Shown in pieces: positions 19,442 to 30,311 of a stretch of DNA of 64,000 nt; within the stretch, counting starts at the first letter, position 1; every line of letters begins with the position of its first letter. Source of the DNA: Cenarchaeum sp. Its GTDB lineage: Archaea > Thermoproteota > Nitrososphaeria > Nitrososphaerales > Nitrosopumilaceae. A program made the translations under genes and the position numbers. Under the pieces are notes generated by a model. That model was not told the origin of the DNA, searched no databases, and saw nothing but the letters and a program-made list of their open reading frames with translations. Location of the stretch: assembly GCA_965212015.1 (NCBI GenBank), contig OZ243037.1:960001-1024000 (forward strand), given 5' to 3'.

Positions 19442-22213
19442 CTATTCCGGACAGCCGTCGGAATCTGCGTCGCCGTCATGGTCCTCGGGGACGGCGGGGC
19501 ACTGGTCGTTGTCGTTGATTATGCCGTCAAGATCGCCGTCATGCACGAACCTGGACTGCTCTGGAATGACGTCGGGGCACCCGTCTGCGTCGCGGTACTT
19601 GTTCCACGTCTCCGGACTCGTCGGGCACTGGTCTATTGCGTCAGTAATATTGTCCCCGTCCGCATCAGGCGGGCTGTTTTCTGTGTCGCCCTGCGGAATG
19701 ACGTCGGGGCATCCGTCCCAGTCAAGATAATTGTTGAAATTCTCGCGCTCATCTAGGCACTGGTCCCACCTGTCGTCTATGCCGTCGGCATCAACGTCGG
19801 GGAACTCGTAGCGGACGGTATCAACCACCACGGTATCTGGGCATCCGTCCGTATCCTCAAAGCCGTTATAGACCTCCTTTGCTGTGGGGCACTCGTCTAT
19901 CGAGTTGTCGATATTGTCCTGGTCGGAGTCAAGATGCAGTTTTTCGCCGTCGGGGCATCCGTCCCAGTCGCTAAAGCCGTCGTGCACTTCTGCCTGGTTG
20001 GGGCACACATCCACATAGTCGTTGATTCCGTCGCCGTCAGAGTCCGGCACGCTCGCCTCGCTGCCCACAAAGTCCGGGCAGCCGTCAGAATCCATGTGCA
20101 GGTTGTAAGTCTCCGATACCGTAGGGCACAGGTCCACGTCGTCGGCCACGCCGTCAGAATCCCTGTCCCTTACCACCGTGTAATCGACATAGTCGGGGCA
20201 GCCGTCCTCGTCCCTGTAATTGTTATAGCGCTCGCCTGCTGCGGGGCACTTGTCCACAGAGTCCAGGATTCCGTCGCTGTCAGAGTCAAGCAGTACGCTT
20301 GATGCCGATCCCGGGACGTCCGGGCAGCCGTCCCAGTCAAGATAGCCGTTAAAGGTCTCGGCGCCCTCTAGGCACTGATCCCACCTGTCATCCACGCCGT
20401 CGGCATCGGTGTCGGGAAACTCGTATAGCATTACAGAGTCCTCGACTGCGTCAGGACACCCGTCGTCGTCCTGGAGCATGTTGTAGGTCTCCCTGTCCAG
20501 CACGCACAAGTCCTCGCTGTTGGGGATTCCGTCCCTGTCCGTGTCGGTAAGATCGGTAAACTCGTCGGGACACCCGTCAGAGTCGGCATAGTCGTTTATT
20601 GTCTCTGGCTGGTTGGGGCACAAATCCAGCGGGTCGCGGATACCGTCTGCATCAGAATCCAAATCAGAGGAATCGGCCGTCACCGAGTCCGGGCATCCGT
20701 CTGCGTCCTGGAACTTGTTATAGACCTCCTTGACCCTCGGGCACATGTCGATGTCGTCGCTGACTCCGTCGCCGTCAGAATCGCCCATGGACTCTGTCAG
20801 CAGCGTGTCGGGGCATCCGTCCTCGTCTAGCAGCCCGTTGTGCCTTTCTGCGATTGCGGGACAGAGATCCTCGCTGTCAGGTATCCCGTCCTCGTCAGCA
20901 TCGGTGAAAAATGACGCCGAGTCCAGCGGGGTGTCCGGGCAGCCGTCGCGATCCGCATAGCCGTTATAGGTCTCCGGTTCAGAGACGCACTGGTCCCACC
21001 TGTCATCCACGCCGTCGGCATCGGCATCGGGAAATTCGTAGAGCACGGAAGAGTCTGCAACCGCATCGGGACATCCGTCCTCGTCAAGATGCTTGTTCCA
21101 GATCTCGCGCGTATCGGGGCACTCGTCAGATATGTTTGGTATTCCGTCCGCATCGGTGTCGGTAAGATCGGTAAACTGGTCGGGGCAGCCGTCGGTGTCG
21201 GCATAATTGTTGTACGACTCGGGCTGGATCGGGCACAGGTCCAGGCGGTCGGAGATTCCGTCGCCGTCAGAATCCGGTATTGGTTTTTCCGTTGCGACAT
21301 AGTCCGGACAGCCGTCCTCGTCGAGAAACTGGTTGAATGTCTCTTTGCTAAATGGGCAGACATCAAAGTTGCTCGGTATGCCGTCAAAATCCACATCGGT
21401 GACTGTGGGCAGGAATATTACGTCGGGACAGCCGTCCTCGTCCTGGTACCCGTTAAAGTTCTCAGGTTCGGATACGCATTCGTCGACCTCGTCTATTATG
21501 GTGTCAAAGTCAGAGTCTTTTTTTGTGTCAGATGAAAACCCCATGGTGTCGGGACAGCCGTCCCAGTCAAGATAGCCGTCAAAGTTTTCGGCCTCGTTTA
21601 TGCATTGATCCCGCCTGTCCTCGATTCCGTCCGCATCGGCGTCCGGAAACTGATAGGCTGACGTGTCCGAGTCCACATCATCCGGGCAGCCGTCCGTATC
21701 CTGGAACATGTTGTAGGATTCCTGCTCGTACTGGCACAGGTCTGCCACGTCGGGAACCCCGTCCTGATCAGAGTCCCTCAGGGACATGTTGTCATCCGGG
21801 CAGCCGTCAAGATCCAGCAGTCCGTTGAACGTCTCGGGCTGGTTGGGGCACAGGTCTGCCGTGTCGATAAAGCCGTCAGAGTCGGTGTCGGCAGCTCCCG
21901 AACCGGTCTCTTGGGGTGCAGTATCAGGGCAGCCGTCCGTGTCCTCAAAGGCGTTGTAATTCTCCCTTACGGTGGGACAGCCGTCCAGGTGATCCTGTAT
22001 TCCGTCATGATCCACGTCGTACCAGGGGACAAAGTTCGACGGGCAGCCGTCAATGTCCCCCTCGCCGTCCTCGCGCACAAACGGGCACAAATCCACGGAA
22101 TCGGCAACGTTGTCACCGTCGATATCGTTGGGTGCGGCAAGGGTATGGACCGGAGCCATGCCCATGGTCACTGCCAAAAGTATAAACAATCCCAAAATGT
22201 GATATTCTCTCAT
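19442..22213 (-). CDS. Secreted thrombospondin type-3 repeat (Ca-binding) protein, about 22 repeats
   Basis: Signal peptide; DxDxDGxxDxxDxCP...DxDGCPD repeats. Confidence 0.92.
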   Translation of the reverse strand: MREYHILGLFILLAVTMGMAPVHTLAAPNDIDGDNVADSVDLCPFVREDGEGDIDGCPSNFVPWYDVDHDGIQDHLDGCPTVRENYNAFEDTDGCPDTAPQETGSGAADTDSDGFIDTADLCPNQPETFNGLLDLDGCPDDNMSLRDSDQDGVPDVADLCQYEQESYNMFQDTDGCPDDVDSDTSAYQFPDADADGIEDRRDQCINEAENFDGYLDWDGCPDTMGFSSDTKKDSDFDTIIDEVDECVSEPENFNGYQDEDGCPDVIFLPTVTDVDFDGIPSNFDVCPFSKETFNQFLDEDGCPDYVATEKPIPDSDGDGISDRLDLCPIQPESYNNYADTDGCPDQFTDLTDTDADGIPNISDECPDTREIWNKHLDEDGCPDAVADSSVLYEFPDADADGVDDRWDQCVSEPETYNGYADRDGCPDTPLDSASFFTDADEDGIPDSEDLCPAIAERHNGLLDEDGCPDTLLTESMGDSDGDGVSDDIDMCPRVKEVYNKFQDADGCPDSVTADSSDLDSDADGIRDPLDLCPNQPETINDYADSDGCPDEFTDLTDTDRDGIPNSEDLCVLDRETYNMLQDDDGCPDAVEDSVMLYEFPDTDADGVDDRWDQCLEGAETFNGYLDWDGCPDVPGSASSVLLDSDSDGILDSVDKCPAAGERYNNYRDEDGCPDYVDYTVVRDRDSDGVADDVDLCPTVSETYNLHMDSDGCPDFVGSEASVPDSDGDGINDYVDVCPNQAEVHDGFSDWDGCPDGEKLHLDSDQDNIDNSIDECPTAKEVYNGFEDTDGCPDTVVVDTVRYEFPDVDADGIDDRWDQCLDERENFNNYLDWDGCPDVIPQGDTENSPPDADGDNITDAIDQCPTSPETWNKYRDADGCPDVIPEQSRFVHDGDLDGIINDNDQCPAVPEDHDGDADSDGCPE

Positions 22214-22308
22214 CTTCTAGACGCATTTGTCAGGGCGTCTTTATTAAACGTCACGGTAAAAATCAGCTATCCGATTGAAACGATAATCTTGTAAAAGTCG
22301 TGCCGGGC

Positions 22309-25300
22309 CTATGGATCGGGACAGCCGTCAGAGTCGGCATTGCCGTCATAGTCCTCAGGTATGTCGGGGCACAAATCCAAGTCGTTGATTATGCCGTCTA
22401 GATCACTGTCGTGCTTGTAGCGTGATTGCTCCGGAATGACGTCTGGGCAGCCGTCGGCGTCCTCGTACTTGTTCCATGTCTCAGGCTCGGCGGGACACCC
22501 GTCATTGCCGTCCCTTATGCCGTCGGCGTCAGAGTCAAGGTGCACGGGTGCGGCCGGCACCGTATCTGGGCAGCCGTCATAGTCCACATAGCGGTTCCAT
22601 GTCTCCTTTACTGTCGGGCACACGTCCATGTCGTCTGGGATTCCGTCGGCGTCGCCGTCAAGGAACGTCACGTCCGGACAGCCGTCCTCATCAGAGACCG
22701 AATTATACGTCTCTGGCCTTGTCGGGCATTCGTCTAGCGTGTTTTCAATTCCGTCGCCGTCAGAGTCAAGCGCCGTCTCTACAGAGTCTGGGCAGCCGTC
22801 CGTATCCTCGAACTGGTTGTGCACCTCGGGCTCTAGCGGGCAGGCGTCCGTCTCGTTTGGTATCCCGTCATTGTCGGTATCTGCCGATGCCGCATAGTCA
22901 TCCGGGCATCCGTCGGAGTCCAGAAATCCGTTGAATGTCTCGGACTGATTTGGACAAAAGTCCTCTAGATCGGATAGCCCGTCGCCGTCAGAGTCGTTCA
23001 GCTCGTCATAGTTTCCCGGAGGCAGAATGTCGGGACAGCCGTCCTCGTCCTGGAACATGTTGTACCTTTCTGGCTGCAAGATGCACTCGTCGACAGAGTC
23101 GGCAATGTTGTCAAAGTCAGAGTCCTTGTCGAGTATATACGGTAAAAAGTCGGGGCAGCCGTCCTCGTCAAGATAATTGTTGTACCTTTCCTGGTCAGTC
23201 ACGCACTGATCCAAGTCGTCGGGTATTCCGTCCCGGTCTGCGTCAGAATCCACAATGCCGTCAGGACACCCGTCGTCGTCAAGAAACCTGTTCCACGTTT
23301 CAGGCTGGGTGGGGCACAGGTCCGCATCATCGGGAACGCCGTCGGAGTCAGAGTCGGACTGCGACACGGCATCCGGGCAGCCGTCAGAGTCGAGATAGCC
23401 GTTGTATACCTCGGCGTTTACTATGCACTCGTCAGACGCGTTTTCAATTCCGTCGCCGTCGGCGTCTGCAAACTCGGTGTCCACCGTGTCGGGGCAGCCG
23501 TCCGTATCCTGATAATTGTTGTACGTCTCGGCATACAGGGGGCACGAGTCGGCCTCGTCTGCTATCGCATCGCCGTCGGCATCAGCGGTGCTCTCGCGGT
23601 CGGGGCAGCCGTCCCTGTCAAGAAGATCATTGAATGTCTCTGGCTGGTTGGGGCAGGAGTCCATATAGTCTGAGATTCCGTCGCCGTCAGAGTCCGGCGT
23701 ATCCTTTGCGTCCACGACGCGGTCAGGGCAGCCGTCCGTATCCTCGAACTGGTTGTAGGATTCATCAAGCAGCGGGCAGGCGTCAAGCGAGTCCATTATG
23801 CCGTCCTGATCAGAATCGATGAGGGTCTCATAGGGTGGAATGTCAGGGCAGCCGTCCGTATCCTCATAGCTGTTAAACCTCTCCGGCACTAGCGGGCAGG
23901 AGTCTTGCGAATCTGCCACGCCGTCGCCGTCTGTGTCTGCAAGCGATACCGTGTCGGGGCATCCGTCCGTATCCTTGTATGCGTTCCATACCTCCCTTTC
24001 GGCAGGGCAGGCGTCCTCAGAGTCCGGCACGCCGTCAGAGTCGCCGTCTGCGTACGGCACCTCGTCTGGGCAGCCGTCAGAATCAAGATGGCCGTTGAAC
24101 GTCTCCGGATCAAGCACGCACCTGTCTGAAATATCCGCAACGCCGTCGCCGTCGGCATCGTACGTTTTTGCCACTATAGAATCGGGGCAGCCGTCTGTAT
24201 CCTCGTAATTATTATACGTCTCAGGCTCTAGCATGCAAGAGTCCGACTCGTCGGAGATTCCGTCCCTGTCTGCGTCATAGGACGTGGTATAGTCCGGACA
24301 GCCGTCTGAGTCAAGAAGATCATTGAATGTCTCTGGCCGGTTGGGGCAAGAGTCCGCATAGTCTGAGATTCCGTCGCCGTCAGAGTCCGGGTTTTGCTCG
24401 CCTAGCGCGACATGGTCGGGGCATCCGTCAGAGTCGTCGAGCTGGTTGTAAACTTCGGCAACATCTGGGCAGACATCCATGCTGTCTAGTATCCCGTCCC
24501 TGTCAGAGTCCACATCAGAGACATAGGGGGGAATGTCCGGGCAGCCGTCTGCGTCCTCGTATCCGTTGTATCTTTCTGGCATCAGCGGGCAAGAGTCGAC
24601 GCTGTTTGGTACGCCGTCCTCGTCTGCATCACCCAGGTTTACCGCCGAAAACGACAGCGAGTCCGGGCAGCCGTCGTGATCCGCAAACTGGTTGTGCGTC
24701 TCTGGCTCGTCGGGGCACACGTCAAACTTGTTTACGATTCCGTCGCCGTCAGAGTCAAAGAGGCGCGCGCCGGACTCTACCGTGTCTGGGCAGCCGTCGC
24801 CGTCAAAATAGCCATTGTATACCTCCGGCTTGTCAATGCAAGAGTCAAACTTGTCCTCGATTCCGTCATTGTCGGTATCATCAAAAACAGAGTCAGATAC
24901 GCTGTCAGGACACCCGTCTGCGTCGTCGAGCTGGTTGTAGATCTCCGCGCTTAGCGGGCACAAGTCGTCTGCGTTGGGAACGCCGTCCCTGTCGGTGTCC
25001 CGGGATGGCGCAAAGTCGTCCGGACAGCCGTCCGTGTCATATACGCCGTTGAACGTCTCAGGCTGGGTGGGGCACAGGTCCGCAAAGTCGGCAAAGCCGT
25101 CAGAGTCGGTGTCGTCCGCACCGGTCTTGCCGGTGATTGGCGGGGTGTCAGGGCAGCCGTCGGCGTCCTCGAATTGGTTGTAATTCTCTTTAATGTCCGG
25201 GCAGGCGTCGTTTTGATCCTCGATGCCGTCAAAGTCCTCGTCGTACCAGGGGACAAAGTTCGACGGGCAGCCGTCCAAAATGCCCTCATTGTCCTCCTGC

Positions 25301-25437
25301 AGGTTGGGGCACTTGTCCGCCGAATCCTCGACTCCGTCATTATCCAGGTCGGATTCTGCAAATGCCGTATATACCGGAATGCTCGAAATGGCAAACATTA
25401 TTAAAAATATGAAACTAGCGGTGTGTTTTGTATTCAA
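22309..25437 (-). CDS. Secreted thrombospondin type-3 repeat protein, about 26 repeats, paralogue of neighbour
   Basis: Signal peptide; same repeats; shared GCPSNFVPWYD and PEQSR..HD.DLDGIIND caps. Confidence 0.92.
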   Translation of the reverse strand: MNTKHTASFIFLIMFAISSIPVYTAFAESDLDNDGVEDSADKCPNLQEDNEGILDGCPSNFVPWYDEDFDGIEDQNDACPDIKENYNQFEDADGCPDTPPITGKTGADDTDSDGFADFADLCPTQPETFNGVYDTDGCPDDFAPSRDTDRDGVPNADDLCPLSAEIYNQLDDADGCPDSVSDSVFDDTDNDGIEDKFDSCIDKPEVYNGYFDGDGCPDTVESGARLFDSDGDGIVNKFDVCPDEPETHNQFADHDGCPDSLSFSAVNLGDADEDGVPNSVDSCPLMPERYNGYEDADGCPDIPPYVSDVDSDRDGILDSMDVCPDVAEVYNQLDDSDGCPDHVALGEQNPDSDGDGISDYADSCPNRPETFNDLLDSDGCPDYTTSYDADRDGISDESDSCMLEPETYNNYEDTDGCPDSIVAKTYDADGDGVADISDRCVLDPETFNGHLDSDGCPDEVPYADGDSDGVPDSEDACPAEREVWNAYKDTDGCPDTVSLADTDGDGVADSQDSCPLVPERFNSYEDTDGCPDIPPYETLIDSDQDGIMDSLDACPLLDESYNQFEDTDGCPDRVVDAKDTPDSDGDGISDYMDSCPNQPETFNDLLDRDGCPDRESTADADGDAIADEADSCPLYAETYNNYQDTDGCPDTVDTEFADADGDGIENASDECIVNAEVYNGYLDSDGCPDAVSQSDSDSDGVPDDADLCPTQPETWNRFLDDDGCPDGIVDSDADRDGIPDDLDQCVTDQERYNNYLDEDGCPDFLPYILDKDSDFDNIADSVDECILQPERYNMFQDEDGCPDILPPGNYDELNDSDGDGLSDLEDFCPNQSETFNGFLDSDGCPDDYAASADTDNDGIPNETDACPLEPEVHNQFEDTDGCPDSVETALDSDGDGIENTLDECPTRPETYNSVSDEDGCPDVTFLDGDADGIPDDMDVCPTVKETWNRYVDYDGCPDTVPAAPVHLDSDADGIRDGNDGCPAEPETWNKYEDADGCPDVIPEQSRYKHDSDLDGIINDLDLCPDIPEDYDGNADSDGCPDP

Positions 25438-25567
25438 TGCCCGAATTTACCTTTACGATCCTGTTATTAAACTTCACTCTAAAAAAATCCAAACCAACGG
25501 CGCCAAAGGGAATAACCCCGCAGGCGGCGATGCGATCACTTAAGTAAATCACTTGGGGAGTACCGCC

Positions 25568-26566
25568 ATGAGCTGTTCAGGCGAAGTAGTCCAGGAGCTA
25601 ATCCAGATAAAGTCCGGGATCGCAGCGCAGCTAAAAAAGGCAAAGTACGGGGTGGCGGATCACTCTACCGTGGAGCTGTGCCACTGGACCAAGAAATCCT
25701 TTAAAAACGAGGGGGACTGCTACAAGCACCGGTTTTACGGCATATCGACCCACAGGTGCATGGAGTTTTCGCCTGCCGGCATGCACTGCGAGAACAGGTG
25801 CGTATACTGCTGGAGGCCCATGGAGTTTTACGACTCGATCAGGATGGAGCCCGAAAGGGTCTCAGATCCCGAAGAGATCGTCAGGCGGCTCTCAGAGGAG
25901 CGAAAAAGGCTGATCATGGGATATTACGGGAACCCGGCCAACGACATGCAAAAGATCGACGAGTCGCTGCTTCCGAGCCACTATGCAATCTCGCTGTCCG
26001 GCGAGCCGACAATGTATCCAAAGCTGCCGGAGCTAATCAGGCACCTAAAGACGCTAAAGGAGACAAAGTCGATCTTTTTGGTTACAAACGGACAAGAGCC
26101 GGAGATGCTGCAAAGGCTGCAAGACGAGGACGCGCTGCCCACGCAGCTTTACCTGTCGACTAATGCCGCCGACCGCGACTCGTTTGCGAGAATCAACAGG
26201 CCGAGGTATGACGACGCATGGAAGAGGTGGAACGCCTCACTTGAGCTGCTAAAAAAGCTGGACACCAGGACTGTTCTCAGGATAACGCTGATTCGCGGAT
26301 ACAACACCAGAAAAGACATGATACCTGCCTTTGCCGCCATGTTTGAAAAGTCCAGCCCGCATTTCATCGAGATAAAGTCGTACATGCACATCGGGCGCTC
26401 GACGAACCGCCTGGAAAGGGATCACATGCTAGAGCACGACGAGGTGCGCAGTTTTTCAGACGGGATAGCCGGGAGGGGCGGCATGTTCTCTATAATAGAC
26501 GAGAGTGTCGTGTCACGGATAGCCCTGCTGCAAAACAACGAGCGACGCATCGACAGGTACATCTAA
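25568..26566 (+). CDS. taw1: 4-demethylwyosine synthase TYW1/Taw1 (radical SAM)
   Basis: CHWTK, CYKH.FYGI.THRC, CENRCVYCWRP, SLSGEPT. Confidence 0.95.
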   Translation: MSCSGEVVQELIQIKSGIAAQLKKAKYGVADHSTVELCHWTKKSFKNEGDCYKHRFYGISTHRCMEFSPAGMHCENRCVYCWRPMEFYDSIRMEPERVSDPEEIVRRLSEERKRLIMGYYGNPANDMQKIDESLLPSHYAISLSGEPTMYPKLPELIRHLKTLKETKSIFLVTNGQEPEMLQRLQDEDALPTQLYLSTNAADRDSFARINRPRYDDAWKRWNASLELLKKLDTRTVLRITLIRGYNTRKDMIPAFAAMFEKSSPHFIEIKSYMHIGRSTNRLERDHMLEHDEVRSFSDGIAGRGGMFSIIDESVVSRIALLQNNERRIDRYI

Positions 26567-27099
26567 AACCACGCGGCGAACTTTTTTAGCGCCTTGTACC
26601 TGTGCGAGATGGTGTTCTTGTCTGCTTGTGCAAACGTCTCTGTCTGTCCGGACGGGACAAATATCGGATCATACCCCCATCCCCGCCCCCTCGCGCGCGC
26701 AGATATTTTTCCGGCGGTTTTTCCCCGGAACAGCTTTTCGTTTCCAGAGTCCCGGTATGCAATCACGGAGTGAAATGATGCGGCCCTCCCTGTCTTTAGC
26801 AGCCTCAGTATGCCGGCGTTGCCGATGCTCCGGAATACAAACGACGAGTACGGGCCGGGAAACCCGCCGAGCGAGTCGACAAACATGCCGTCGTCCTCCA
26901 CCATTACCGGCCGCCCGCACCTGGAAAACGCGTCTCTGACCTTGTGCCTGGCAATCTCGCCCAAAGAGTCGGACTGAATCTCTGCCAGCTCGCACCTGAA
27001 AAACCCAGCCGAGATGCCAAACCCCCGGAGAATCTCCTCGGCCTCGCCGAACTTGTCTGCATTCGATGATGCAAACAGCACGTCATACGACTGTGGCAT
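26563..27099 (-). CDS. rdgB: RdgB/HAM1 non-canonical purine NTP pyrophosphatase
   Basis: SSNADK, EDDG, GFPGPYS, GYDPIF, SHR. Confidence 0.95.
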   Translation of the reverse strand: MPQSYDVLFASSNADKFGEAEEILRGFGISAGFFRCELAEIQSDSLGEIARHKVRDAFSRCGRPVMVEDDGMFVDSLGGFPGPYSSFVFRSIGNAGILRLLKTGRAASFHSVIAYRDSGNEKLFRGKTAGKISARARGRGWGYDPIFVPSGQTETFAQADKNTISHRYKALKKFAAWF

Positions 27100-27703
27100 A
27101 CCTGCCCCTGCCCTCGATTACTGCCACAAGGCCGGTGACCGTATCGTGCCTGTCCTGTCCCACGGCTGACTTGTATCCTGCCAGAAAGTTCCTCCACGCC
27201 CCCCGCATCTCGCCTACGTGCGCGCTGTTGAGAATCTCCTTGAAGAGGCGCAGATCCACTGCGTGATCTTCTGGCTTTGAGGTCCGCATGGCCAGCCCAA
27301 AGTCAATTATGAACGTCCTTTTGGCAGATATGATAAAGTTCGACGTGGTCAGATCGCCGTGCATTATGCCGTTTTCGTGCAGCCTGCCTACTATACCGCC
27401 GAAATCCCTGCAAAGCCCGACTAGCCTTTTGCCAGAGATACAGTTGGCCGGCCGGCCGCGTATGAGCTGCATCATTATACGGCACTGCACGGCGTCTGCA
27501 AGAAATATCACCGGTGCGGCAATCCCGAAGGACTTTACCTGCCGGATGATCTCGGCCTCCCGGATGGTCCTCTGCCTGCGTATTCTGGCATCCAGCTCGG
27601 GATTCCTATAGTCCTTTTTTTTTCTTATCTTGAGGACGGATTTTTTTCCGTTCCAGGTCGTCTCGTATAGATCGCCTTCGGCCCCCCTTTTGATCAGCCT
27701 CAC
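27083..27703 (-). CDS. bud32: KEOPS kinase Bud32
   Basis: GAEG, HGDLTTSN, IDFGL, AVDL. Confidence 0.95.
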   Translation of the reverse strand: MRLIKRGAEGDLYETTWNGKKSVLKIRKKKDYRNPELDARIRRQRTIREAEIIRQVKSFGIAAPVIFLADAVQCRIMMQLIRGRPANCISGKRLVGLCRDFGGIVGRLHENGIMHGDLTTSNFIISAKRTFIIDFGLAMRTSKPEDHAVDLRLFKEILNSAHVGEMRGAWRNFLAGYKSAVGQDRHDTVTGLVAVIEGRGRYATVV

Positions 27704-27800
27704 CGGATGGACTGGTGCGGCGGCATAATTTAGGGTTTATTTTTGCGCCGCAGGGAGGGGCCCCACCACAATTATAACACGAGTGCGGCATGATACGGCC

Positions 27801-28115
27801 ATGGACGAGGGGGAGAAAAAGATCAGGCAGGAGGACTGCAGCGAGGACAAGCTCGGCCCGGGAATACTGACGCTTACAAGCAAGAGGATTGCCTTTGACA
27901 AGACAAAGGGCAGAATCATGGATTTTAAAAAAGAGTTCGGCGAGACCGTAATAGATGTGCGGCTAGACGACGTGTCGCGCGTCTGGAAGGAGGGGCTGCT
28001 CATGAAAAAGGTGTGCTTTACTGGCAAGACGGATGACGGCGAAAAGACCTTCAAGTTCGGCGTGTTTGGCAGCGGCGGCTGGCTAGAGTCAATCCAGGAC
28101 GCAATGAAGGCCTAG
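27801..28115 (+). CDS. Hypothetical protein, PH-like fold suspected
   Basis: GILTLTSKRIAF...W.ESI pattern; TTATAA box upstream. Confidence 0.7.
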   Translation: MDEGEKKIRQEDCSEDKLGPGILTLTSKRIAFDKTKGRIMDFKKEFGETVIDVRLDDVSRVWKEGLLMKKVCFTGKTDDGEKTFKFGVFGSGGWLESIQDAMKA

Positions 28116-29095
28116 TAGGACACGTCCACTGAGTCAAGGCGCCACGACTGCCTGACAAACGTGTCCTCTAGTTTTGCGCCATCCTTTACTGAGGCCTCCA
28201 GGATTCCAGTGCACGCAATCTGCGAACCGCAGTCCCCCGAGTACCTTGGGGGCGCGGCAAAAAATGCGCACCCCTGCCTCCTGCAGACGCTTTGCAGCAT
28301 TTCTGAGAGCCGCATGTTTGCGGCAACGCCCCCGACTATTAGCAGCTCCTTTTTCCCCGTAAAGGACAGCGCCCTCTCCACTGCCTCACTCACCATGGCA
28401 AACGCAGTCTCTTGCAGCGAATAGCACGCGGTGTTTTTTCCCTGCGGTATTATCGCCTTGGATGCGGACAGCAGGCCGGAAAACGAGACGTCGTTGCCCT
28501 TGACGGAATACGGGAGCGCGACATACCTTGTCGTTTTTGATGCAAGCGACTCTATGCGCCTGCCGCACGGCGACGCAAATCCGAGGGAGCGTCCAAACTG
28601 GTCTAGCAACTGCCCCAGTGTGATGTCAAGGGTCTCGCCAAAGACGCGCCACCTCCCCTGCACGAACGCAAGAAGCATGGTGTGCCCCCCCGACACTAGC
28701 AGCACGAGCGGGTTTTTTGCACCCGTCAGCATCTTGCCAAGCTCGATGTGCCCTATGGCGTGGTTTACCGGGTATATCGGTATTCCATAGTACGAGGCAA
28801 GCGAGCGGGCCACCACTGCGCCCACCCTCAGGCACGGCCCAAGTCCGGGTCCTGCGGCATACGAGATGATGTCAAGATCAGCCACCGTTATTCCCGCCTC
28901 CCCCACACACTGCGACAATACGGATGAGCTGTTTGCCGTGTGGTGCCGGGACGCCTCCCTGGGATGTATGCCCTCGCCGTCCGGGGGCCGGTAGATCATC
29001 CTGACGTCGGATCTGATGGCGGTTTTTTTGCGGCTTTTTTCCAGTATGGCGCACGAAAACGTGTGCGCCGTGCTCTCTATTCCAAGACAGAGCAT
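28112..29095 (-). CDS. kae1: KEOPS t6A synthase Kae1
   Basis: LGIESTAH, GIHPRE, GPGLGPCL, HAIGHIE, VSGGHT; true start ATG 29095. Confidence 0.96.
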   Translation of the reverse strand: MLCLGIESTAHTFSCAILEKSRKKTAIRSDVRMIYRPPDGEGIHPREASRHHTANSSSVLSQCVGEAGITVADLDIISYAAGPGLGPCLRVGAVVARSLASYYGIPIYPVNHAIGHIELGKMLTGAKNPLVLLVSGGHTMLLAFVQGRWRVFGETLDITLGQLLDQFGRSLGFASPCGRRIESLASKTTRYVALPYSVKGNDVSFSGLLSASKAIIPQGKNTACYSLQETAFAMVSEAVERALSFTGKKELLIVGGVAANMRLSEMLQSVCRRQGCAFFAAPPRYSGDCGSQIACTGILEASVKDGAKLEDTFVRQSWRLDSVDVSY

Positions 29096-29097
29096 CG

Positions 29098-30282
29098 CTA
29101 TCCCCTGCTGAGAGTCGAGACGATTTTGACCACGTCGCCGTTTTTCAGCCGGTGATCCGCCCCGATTCTCTGCTTTGTTTTGCAGTCTATGGCGTGCAAA
29201 AACCCGCCTGCAATGTCGGCGTGAATGGTCCCTGCCAGATCCAGTGCGGTGGCATCGCCCCTCAAAAGCCTGGCATCGGGGAGAACTATGCCGTCCTTGC
29301 TGCACAGCTTGCCCTCGTCCTCCACCGGATACACCGCAATGAGGCCCAGCACGTCAAAGACTATGGAATCCAGCGCCGCCTGGATTCCCGTCGTCTTTAT
29401 CCTCGAGAATACGGCCTCGACTAGCTTTAGCGCCTCTTTTTGCTGCGGCGACATGTCAGTATCTGTGATTGTAAAGCCCTCGGATCCCGGAACGTACCTT
29501 ACAAGTCCGGACTTTGTGGCCTTTTTCAAGAGCAGCTCAGTCTCTGCACTGCACGGAACCACCGTGCCGGGAATCCTTGAGACTATCCCCAGATCGCCGC
29601 ACAAGTCCGCCTTGTTTGCCGCAATCAGCATTGGCTTTGTGCGCGCCCGCAGCTCCCTTACAAACAGGAGAATGTCGCCGCCGTTCCACTCCCCGTGCTG
29701 CTTGGAGAGCAGGCCCGTCTTTTGCATGGCAGCCCGGACATCGTGCTCCTTTACCCCGAGGCCGCTAAAGCGCCTGGCCACCCCGTCTGCCAGCTTTGCC
29801 TTTTTTTGCTCGATCTCCTTTGAGAGCTTGGGCCACTCCCTCTCTAGTATCTGCGCAAACCACTGATCAAACTCTTCCTGGACGAACTTTACGTCCTCAA
29901 GCGGATCATGCGCGCCTACGGGAACCGGCCGGCCCTGTATGTCAGTCGCACCCGCAATGTCGACTATGTGAATCAGGGCCTCTGCCTGCCTTGCGTCGTC
30001 TAGAAACTGGTTTCCAAGCCCCTTGCCCTCGTGGGCGCCGGGTACCAGCCCGGCAATGTCGATTAGCTTTACGGGGATAAAGCGCGTCCCGTCTGCGCAC
30101 AGGCTGTTTTCGTGATCCACTCCGAAATGCCTGCATGCGCAGTCAGTCCTCACGTATGCGACGCCGACGTTTGGCTTTATGGTGGTAAAGGGAAAGTTTC
30201 CCACCGGCACCGGCGTCTCTGTGGCCGCAGAAAAGAATGTCGATTTTCCCACGTTTGCCTTGCCCAACAGGCCTATCTGCAT
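29098..30282 (-). CDS. ychF: YchF/Obg-like ATPase/GTPase with TGS domain
   Basis: [24 protein letters not shown]. Confidence 0.93.
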   Translation of the reverse strand: MQIGLLGKANVGKSTFFSAATETPVPVGNFPFTTIKPNVGVAYVRTDCACRHFGVDHENSLCADGTRFIPVKLIDIAGLVPGAHEGKGLGNQFLDDARQAEALIHIVDIAGATDIQGRPVPVGAHDPLEDVKFVQEEFDQWFAQILEREWPKLSKEIEQKKAKLADGVARRFSGLGVKEHDVRAAMQKTGLLSKQHGEWNGGDILLFVRELRARTKPMLIAANKADLCGDLGIVSRIPGTVVPCSAETELLLKKATKSGLVRYVPGSEGFTITDTDMSPQQKEALKLVEAVFSRIKTTGIQAALDSIVFDVLGLIAVYPVEDEGKLCSKDGIVLPDARLLRGDATALDLAGTIHADIAGGFLHAIDCKTKQRIGADHRLKNGDVVKIVSTLSRG

Positions 30283-30311
30283 GCCGATTCACAGTATGGT
30301 TTGACATATTA

